A stretch of 64,000 nt of DNA from Candidatus Fervidifonticultor secundus. Lineage in GTDB: Bacteria; Sysuimicrobiota; Sysuimicrobiia; Sysuimicrobiales; Humicultoraceae. The DNA lies in contig JAVKIP010000003.1 of NCBI GenBank assembly GCA_031459385.1, positions 113,006 to 177,005 of the forward strand, read 5' to 3'. Made by a program: the position numbers and the translations under genes. Shown piece by piece: positions 63,265 to 64,000 of the stretch. Every line of letters begins with the position of its first letter. Within the stretch, counting starts at the first letter, position 1. The notes below the pieces were generated by a model. The model was given only the letters and a program-made list of their open reading frames with translations, had not been told where the DNA came from and did not search any database.

Positions 63265-64000
63265 AGGCCAGGTCCACGACCAGATTGGTGAGCACGAACA
63301 GGAGCGCGATCACCAGTACGACCCCCTGCACCACCGGGTAGTCGCGCTGGAAGATTGCCTGCAGCACGAGCCGGCCCATGCCGGGCAGGGCGAAGATCTC
63401 CTCGATGACGACCGTCCCGCCCAGCAGGTAGCCCATCTGGAAGCCCGCCACCGTGATCACCGGGATCAGAGCGTTGGGCAGGGCGTGGCGCAGCATCACC
63501 GTCTGCTCGCGCAGCCCCTTGCCCCGGGCGGTACGCACGTAGTCCTGCCCCAGCACCTCGAGCAGCGACGAGCGCACGTAGCGCATGAGGATCGCCGCGA
63601 TGGCCGCGCCGAGGGCCAGGGCCGGCAGGTAGAGGCTCTGCAGCGTCGCCAGCGGGTTCACCGTGACCGGCGTGTACTGGCCGAGCGACACGTGCAGGTA
63701 GCGCGAGAAGACCAGGATCAGCATGGCGCCCAGCCAGAAGTTGGGCATCGAGAGCCCCAGCAGGCCCCCGACGCGCACGGCGACGTCGAGGGCCGCGTTG
63801 CGCATCACCGCCGAAGCGATCCCCAGGGGGACCGCCAGCGCCACGGCCACCACCAGCGCCAGGGTCGCCAGCTGGAACGACAGCGGCAGCCGCTGCAGGA
63901 TGTCGGGCAGCACCGGCCGCGATGTGCGCAGCGAGACCCCGAAGTCGCCCCGCACCACCCGGCCCAGGTAGTCCAGGAACTGCGCCCAGAGCGGCTTGTC
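63230..64000 (-). CDS. ABC transporter permease (OppB/DppB type), 5' end outside the window
   Basis: The frame is open to the right window edge (DKPLWAQFLDYLGRVVRGDFGVS...). The EAA loop is YVRTARGKGLREQTVMLRHALPNALIPV. Confidence 0.85.
   Translation of the reverse strand, partial: DKPLWAQFLDYLGRVVRGDFGVSLRTSRPVLPDILQRLPLSFQLATLALVVAVALAVPLGIASAVMRNAALDVAVRVGGLLGLSMPNFWLGAMLILVFSRYLHVSLGQYTPVTVNPLATLQSLYLPALALGAAIAAILMRYVRSSLLEVLGQDYVRTARGKGLREQTVMLRHALPNALIPVITVAGFQMGYLLGGTVVIEEIFALPGMGRLVLQAIFQRDYPVVQGVVLVIALLFVLTNLVVDLAYAWIDPRIRYG

Overview
This is a very GC-rich bacterial chromosomal segment; third codon positions are almost always G or C. That composition produces many long spurious antisense ORFs. 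I support about 63 protein-coding genes. No rRNA, tRNA, CRISPR array or transposase/integrase was seen.

The flanks are mostly housekeeping or ordinary metabolism:
- phnDCEE phosphonate ABC transporter
- UPF0182 membrane protein and a SufT-like protein
- pth and rplY(ctc)
- ppa, coaX, coaBC, and a DUF47/Pit pair
- DEAD-box helicase
- upp, glyA, rpiB, prmC, prfA, rpmE, rho, tal, argS
- an anmK-murQ-kinase-serine hydrolase MurNAc recycling block followed by oligopeptide-type ABC permeases

An SLH-domain wall protein and repeated TGnTATAAT extended -10 boxes suggest a high-GC Firmicutes-like organism. That lineage call is inference only.

The outstanding region is 20.3-35.8 kb. It holds four tandem paralogous four-gene minor-(pseudo)pilin modules, one inverted and three direct. 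Each module encodes a FimT/GspH-like, a PilV/GspI-like and a PilW/GspJ-like prepilin, plus a large PilX/GspK-like protein of 469-701 aa. No major pilin, prepilin peptidase or assembly ATPase lies in the window.

Three of the four modules are immediately preceded by a conserved ~90-nt structured element. I read this element as a GEMM-I (c-di-GMP-I) riboswitch whose closing helix contains the Shine-Dalgarno sequence.

Other points worth a second look:
- an ArsC (LMW-PTP type) gene with an in-frame TGA exactly at the catalytic Cys codon and a downstream hairpin, so either selenocysteine or a pseudogene
- a PlsY-like / acyl-ACP-reductase-like fusion protein
- an orphan methyltransferase / FAD-oxidoreductase / SRPBCC / ketosynthase cassette
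- an AbrB-fused MNT-like/HEPN pair
- a doubly disrupted secreted-protein pseudogene
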